This document shows positions 57,898-64,000 of a DNA stretch of 64,000 nucleotides, in pieces. Position 1 is the first letter of the stretch. Each line of letters opens with the position of its first letter. Made by a program: the position numbers and the translations under genes. The stretch lies in NCBI RefSeq assembly GCF_006345805.1, contig NC_043006.1, forward strand, positions 78,244,001 through 78,308,000. Reading direction: 5' to 3'. The DNA is from Octopus sinensis (Eukaryota). A model generated the notes under the pieces. That model had not been told where the DNA came from and searched no databases. It saw nothing but the letters and a program-made list of their open reading frames with translations.

Positions 57898-58128
57898 TTA
57901 TAGAACGACCGTATCAATATCGTTCTGCTGATTTTCAGTTTCCGTCTTTGCTTCATCAGTCTTAACCTTTGAAATCGATGCATATGAACTGGGGAGTGAT
58001 TCTTCAGTAGTTTTAACACTGTGACTTAAGGAGCCATTCGGAACCCCATCTTTAGACGAATCAGAGAGAGTTTTAATTTCATCCAGAGGTACTTCAACTG
58101 TTTCATCTCCAAGTTCCATTTCTTTTGT
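57898..58128 (-). CDS. Probable terminal coding exon of an unidentified host gene (TKEMELGDETV...NDIDTVVL*)
   Basis: 76 sense codons plus stop in unique, non-repeat sequence; polypyrimidine acceptor ttttttcgtattcttttcgttaccag|, phase 0. Confidence 0.65.
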   Translation of the reverse strand, partial: TKEMELGDETVEVPLDEIKTLSDSSKDGVPNGSLSHSVKTTEESLPSSYASISKVKTDEAKTETENQQNDIDTVVL

Positions 58129-58429
58129 CTGGTAACGAAAAGAATACGAAAAAAAGCATTAAACAAAATTTTTTTTTAAAATTAAAATTCTATGAATATA
58201 TATTATCTCCCCTTCTTCCTAGCCCTCCTGTGTGACCACTCTGTGCGGCATTCGCCATTATAGATCGCCAGCCACTAAATCTATTTTCATTTATTTTCTC
58301 TCATTGTTTATTTCTGTGTTTCTTTCTGACAAAGAGGGTAGGCTCGAAATGTAAAAGACTTTCTCACTTCTCGAGCGTTTAATTAATACATCTATTTGTT
58401 ATTTATACACCGTCAATAATAATAATAAC

Positions 58430-58473
<44 letters not shown>

Positions 58474-58813
58474 CAACAACAACTCTAATTGTATTTCTAC
58501 TACTGGTGCAAGGAACGAATTCGAACAGGAAATGTAAAGGGACATAACTCATGCCTGGTAGTCTATTAGATTTGTGACCTCTCTACCATAAATATTCAAC
58601 CAAAGCTAATACGGATTCCTAACGTTGTTGATACGAGGCCACCAATTTTGAACGAGAATAAATTTGATTACCACGGCCCAGCACATCTGTGTTACTTTTC
58701 TTTTTATCACTCCCGAAATCCCGAAGGAGAGTCAGAACATTGTGCGATCTGAACTCAAAATGGAGTGTGAAGCAATTAATTACTGGCGAGCATATACTTA
58801 TTATGTGTGTGTG

Positions 58814-58875
<62 letters not shown>

Positions 58876-58898
58876 TATATAATATATATGATGATATA

Positions 58899-60119
58899 CA
58901 GGCGTTGGACAAAATTGGAACAATAGAAATTTAACTCTAATATTTCAATGATATTAGGAATATCCATCCAAATTTCATTGTGAGTATGTTTTGTTTTTGT
59001 ATTGAACATGGTTTTATTTATCTAATTTAATTATTATTTTTTATCGCTTTTCCGGATCATAGTATAAATTAAGCTAAGAGGCGTGACCTCACAGAGTTCG
59101 AAAAAGGGCAAATTGTTAGAGCTCGAATGGCATGAACTTCCGTCACCAGAAAACCTGAGCTCCTGGGTTTTTCGAGAGATACCATATCAAGGACCATGAC
59201 TGAATTTGAGAAGCAGGGCAAAACCTCCAGCAGGAGGAGTAAGTCCGGCAGGACTTCGAAGCTCACTGAAAGAGACCGATGAATGTTGAAACACATTGTG
59301 ATGGAAAACTCACCGGACAACTGCCCCTAAAGTGACTACCGAGTTGAATAAACATTTGACTAGCCTAGTTTCGTCAAAAACTGTTTGCGGTGAGCTCAGT
59401 AAAGCCGGATATCAATGAAGTACCGCCATCAGGAAACCTCTGCTTTCTCATCAAAACATTCAGAAAAGACTGAACTAATGTAGAGATCACAAGGGCTGGT
59501 CGACAGACCAATAGAAGCAAGTAATATTCCCCGACGAGCCCAGTTTTGCTTTTTCCCCACTGCAGGAGAGTTTATGTGTAGAGGCAGCTCGGGGAAACTT
59601 TTCGTCCTGACTGCCTTATTCCTACACTGAAGCACGGAGGAGGGTATGTGATGTTTTGGGTAGCCCTTTCTTGGAATTCTCTTGGTTCAAACGTTGCCCT
59701 GCATGATAAGATCAACAGCAAATGCTATCTGAATATTTGGGGAAACCAAGTTCTTCCTATGATCCAGATATTATTCCCTGATGGTGGGTGTAGCTTCCAA
59801 GATGACAATGCTCTTATACACACCTCTCATGTGGTTAAGAATTGATATGAAGAACATAGTAGTGAGCTACAACACATGAAGTGGCTGCCACCATCTCAAG
59901 ATCTTAATATTATTGAGCATCCATGGTGCATCTTGGAGCGATAAGAGCAGGTTTTGCAGGAAGAATGGCTCAAAATTCCTCTCAATGAAGTCAGGAAGTT
60001 TTATGAATCAATTCCTAGACGTATTGAAGCTGTTCAGAAAGCTAAAGGAGGACCATCTCCATATCAAATAAATATTCATTGAATTTAATACGCGTTCCAG
60101 TTATTTTGTCCAACCCTTG
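58899..60119 (+). mobile_element. Full-length decayed Tc1-like transposon
   Basis: TA-flanked TIRs caggcgttggacaaaattggaac / gttccagttattttgtccaacccttg; RDLTEFEKGQIV, SGRTSKLTERDR, VMFW, FQDDNALIH, WLPPSQDLNIIEH with stops. Confidence 0.92.
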
Positions 60120-60169
<50 letters not shown>

Positions 60170-60407
60170 CCTCCGATCTCTGACTTCTGAAATCAAAACG
60201 CCATGTTGGTTCGTTAGCCCCTACACGCAATTTTTTCTCTCCTTGTTTCTTTTCTGTGTATCTTTCTGTCGAAGAGCGTAGGCTCGAAACGTAAAAGACT
60301 TGTTTTATTTCTATTCCTGAGCGCCATACTAATACATTATTTGTTTGTTCTCCACCTGCCTTCGTCTTTTGTTTATTTTCGTAAACCTTCCGTTATATAT
60401 ATATATA

Positions 60408-60810
60408 CTCTCTCTTTACTCTTTTACTTGTTTCAGTCATTTGACTGCGGCCATGCTGGAGCACCGCCTTTAATCGAGCAAATCGACCCCGGGACTTATC
60501 TTTGTAAGCCCAGTACTTATTCTATCGTTCTCTTTGCCGAACCGCTAAGTGACGGGGACGTAAACACACCAGCATCGGTTGTCAAAGCAATGCTAGGGAG
60601 GACAACACACACACAAACACATACACACACATATATATGTATACATATATACGACAGACTTCTTTCAGTTTCCGTCTACCAAATCCACTCACAAGGCATT
60701 GGTCGGCCCGAGGCTATAGCAGAAGACACTTGCCCAAGATGCCACGCAGTGGGACTGAACCCGGAACCATGTTGTTGGTTAGCAAGCTACTTACCACACA
60801 GCCACTCATA
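60408..60810 (-). mobile_element. SINE family A, full length, young-looking
   Basis: Near identical to 22376-22785. Confidence 0.9.
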
Positions 60811-60856
60811 TATTATATCATATATAATAAAATATATTTGAAGAAAAGCTACATAC

Positions 60857-60887
60857 CATTTCTTCATATTGTCTGGTATCATTGGCC
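60857..60887 (-). CDS. Candidate 31-nt micro-exon (x-ANDTRQYEEM), in frame with the terminal exon
   Basis: ttttgttttatcttttcag|...ATG|gtatgt; ends in phase 0. Confidence 0.5.
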
Positions 60888-61088
60888 CTGAAAAGATAAA
60901 ACAAAATGTATTAACAGTTTAACAGAGATCACGTAGAAAATTTCAAACAAAAGTATTAATAAATATTTAGATAAGAAAATAAGAATAACTTTTACTACAT
61001 AGAAATATGTCAGTGTATTTAAAAATGGAAAGCTCCGATGATTATATTTCTTATCTTATTTAATGCAAATAAAGTTGTTGCTACTCAC

Positions 61089-61107
61089 CATTTCTTAATC
61101 CATGTAT
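61089..61107 (-). CDS. Candidate 19-nt micro-exon (x-TWIKK-W)
   Basis: cctttttaaacttttttacag|ATACATGGATTAAGAAATG|gtgagt; keeps the frame open into the 31-nt exon. Confidence 0.4.
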
Positions 61108-61151
61108 CTGTAAAAAAGTTTAAAAAGGAATTAATTTATGTATAAGCAGAG

Positions 61152-61198
<47 letters not shown>

Positions 61199-61435
61199 TA
61201 TATATATATATATCACTAAATTAATAAATAATTGTTTATTTAATTTAGTGATTTTTTAAATAATATCATTATAATATATAAAATTTTTTTCTATATGGTA
61301 CAGATAATGTCTTTCACTGTTGAATTACTTAATAGAGGTTATTTCTCTTAATTATATACATATATTATATATTGTGAAATTTGATTTAGTATTGCTGATT
61401 TGAATTTTTCCCTGTAAGTTTCGAATTATATTCCC

Positions 61436-61485
<50 letters not shown>

Positions 61486-61689
61486 GCATATATATACCAT
61501 ACATAAATATATATATATATATACACACACACACATATATTATATATAATATATATATATATATACACCACACACACACATATATTATATATATGTAAGG
61601 TGAAGGTGTGTAGTGCATTTTGAGACTGAAAAACAGAGGGAGGGAAAGAGATGATATTATGGAGTATTAATCAACTTTGGAAGAAAAAC

Positions 61690-62325
61690 ACAAAATATTT
61701 ATTGGTAGTATAAATTTGTGACTGTGTTGTTCTGGGTTCAGTCTCATTATATGGTATCATTGTCGAGTGCTTTCTACTATAGTCTAGAGGTGACTAAAGC
61801 CTTGTGAGTGGGCTTGATAGAGGGAAACTCAAAGATTCCTCCCGTGTGTGTGCGTGCTTGACAACCAGTGTCCGTGTGTTTACGTCTCTGTAACTTAAGG
61901 GTTCTGCGAAAGTTATCGATAGAATAAGTACCAGGTTTTAAAAAGTCACTGGGATCGATTCTTTCGACTAAAGATTCTTCAAAGTCCTATCATGGCCCCA
62001 GTCTAATTACAGAAAAAAAGTGAAAGATCTAGTAGTGAAAAAGTCGACCTCAGCAGAATTTGAACTCAGAACGTAACAGTAGACGAAATACCTATTTCTT
62101 TACTACCCACAAGGGGCTAAACATAGAGGGGACAAACAAGGATAGACAAAGGGATTAATTCGATTACATCGATCCCAGTGCGTAACTGGTACTTAATTTA
62201 TCGACACCCGAAAGGATGAAAGGCAAAGTCGACCTCGGCGGAATTTAAACTCAGAACGTAACGGCAGACGAAATACGGCGAGGCATTTCGCCCGGCGTGC
62301 TAACGATTCTGCCAACTCGCCGCTT
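61690..62325. mobile_element. Diverged SINE-A (+, about 61690-62030) abutting a SINE-B (-, about 62040-62325)
   Basis: Both match other copies in the window. Confidence 0.75.
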
Positions 62326-63849
62326 TAGAATCAAACCAATATTACATGTGTGTGTGTATGTGCGTGCGCGTTAGGGGAGTATACCAAAAGCCATATAAAA
62401 TATAATGGAAGAAATTCAGTTTTAAGCAAGAAAATACAAGAAAATACAAGACAACATAATTTAAAATGTAGCTGAGTAAAAACAAATGGTATTATATTTG
62501 TTATCAAATCCGACAAATTATTAAAGAGATATGTAAATGCACTTATGCAATTACTACACATCTTAGAGTCAGTTTGTGTGGTGTATGTTTGTGTAATTGT
62601 GTTTGTACTCGTGTGTGTGTGTTTGTGCTCGTGTGTGTGTGCTTGTGTGTTTGTGTAAAGAAGCAATCAGTAAGTGGTCATTGGGTATATTTCTTTCAAA
62701 CCTCATAAGAGGCATTGTATATGAATCTACTTATAATGTAATTATTAATGAATTCTGAATTCGCTGACACACACACATTATATATACAAATGTGTGTGTA
62801 TCTGTGTGTGTGTCTGTGTGTGTATCTGTGTGTGTGTATCTGTGTGTGTATGTGTGCGTGTGTGTATCTGTGTGTGTGTGTGTTTGTGTGTGTGTAAAAG
62901 AGAAAGAGAGAGCATAAATTAACATGAGACGGATCTTTTGTATAACTGAAATGTATTGTCAGTAGTTGTCGCCCTTTACATGAACAAATTTTAAAATTTC
63001 AAAATTTGACACGGTGATTTTCAAACTGCTCATTTTCTCTTTATTAACAAGAAGTCATAGTAGGGTTCGCCTTCATAGGATTGTTCTTTCTTTTTTTTTT
63101 TCTCTTTGCAACAACTTTTGTTTGTACATATGTGTTTAAAACTATTTTAATTTTATCAAACACGAAAATTTACCAATTTCCAATCATATGTCCCGATATG
63201 AAGCATTGATTTAAGATAATATATTTTAGTGTCTGATTCGATCTGATATTATGTGAAATTTCTACTTCATGCTTTTATATAATTTTAAGGAAAAGTAAAT
63301 GATACTTCTGCTACTTGGTCGTCAATTGTTACGCCTTATCTTTGCGTCCATTCTAGGAACGCAGTCGGAGTGATCTATGGTAACCTGAGAACTACAGCCT
63401 GTCGTTGTTACAGTCTTTGCTGCTATTCTCTATCGACTTCAACTCTGGTTGCTGGAAAGTACATCATAGCACATACCAGCCAGTATTCAGATATTCGATT
63501 AACGGCAAATGAAAAATACTCTGTAATCTACCAAGCAAATCTAATTTACCATGTTCGTCTCTCAGAACTTGACAATAGTCTCAGATGGAGAGGCATTTGT
63601 CTTTATCGAATACATCGTGTTTTGTTTTTCTTGTTGCTAGTCACCTCCCTCGTTGCTAACATTAACAAAGACTGGCATTTTCTTCTTTAAAATTTTGTCT
63701 CATACTACTTACGTATGTAACGGTTCAAAGATTTGTGTTACTAGGTGTATTAGCCTGTGAAAATTTCACTTAATCACTTTGCTGTATATTTTTAAAAGTG
63801 CAAAATTCTATACAGTCCTGTTTGTTTCTTTATTTTTCATCTCTCTTCC

Positions 63850-64000
63850 TCTTTACTCTTTTAATTGTTTCAGTCATTTGACTGTTGCCATGCTGGAGCA
63901 CCTCCACTAGTCGAGCAGATCGATCCCAGGACTTATTATTTGTAAGCCTAGTAGTTATTCTATCGGTCTCTTTGGCCGAACCGCTAAGTTACGGGGACGT
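63850..64000 (-). mobile_element. SINE family A 3' part, cut by the window edge
   Basis: ttgtttcagtcatttgactg..gaaccgctaagttacggggacgt. Confidence 0.85.

Noticed and set aside
62385-62471. Possible hydrophobic minus-strand exon (YILNYVVLYFLVF..)
   Set aside because: Weak donor (GTATAC), and AT-rich DNA gives hydrophobic translations by chance.
63713-63754. Possible 42-nt minus-strand exon (LIHLVTQIFEPLH, donor GTAAGT)
   Set aside because: Frame-compatible with the 31-nt exon but not with the 19-nt one; modest acceptor and no homology support.

Overview
AT-rich, repeat-saturated animal genomic DNA. The SINE, LINE and microsatellite landscape points to a coleoid cephalopod, probably Octopus; this is an inference and no database was searched. 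Almost every ORF in the supplied track is microsatellite noise. Host coding sequence is sparse and lies on the minus strand: a probable terminal exon (57898-58128) with two candidate upstream micro-exons, and a candidate signal-peptide first exon (35963-36041) that the ORF track misses. The rest is mobile DNA: two tRNA-type SINE families, RTE and CR1/L2-type LINE fragments, Penelope-like remnants, a non-autonomous Helitron, and Tc1/mariner/maT/pogo/piggyBac-type elements. Two things stand out. (1) An 8.6-kb locus (36754-45379) holds four same-orientation, differently 5'-truncated Tx1/L1-clade LINEs, each flanked on both sides by (GATA)n, which suggests a GATA/TCTA-microsatellite-targeting retrotransposon. 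A SINE in the window also appears to carry this LINE's 3' end. (2) At least six unrelated short repeat families carry type-I hammerhead-ribozyme folds, several with a palindromic helix III (dimer type). They sit either in long near-perfect palindromes or in 330-365 bp units with terminal direct repeats.
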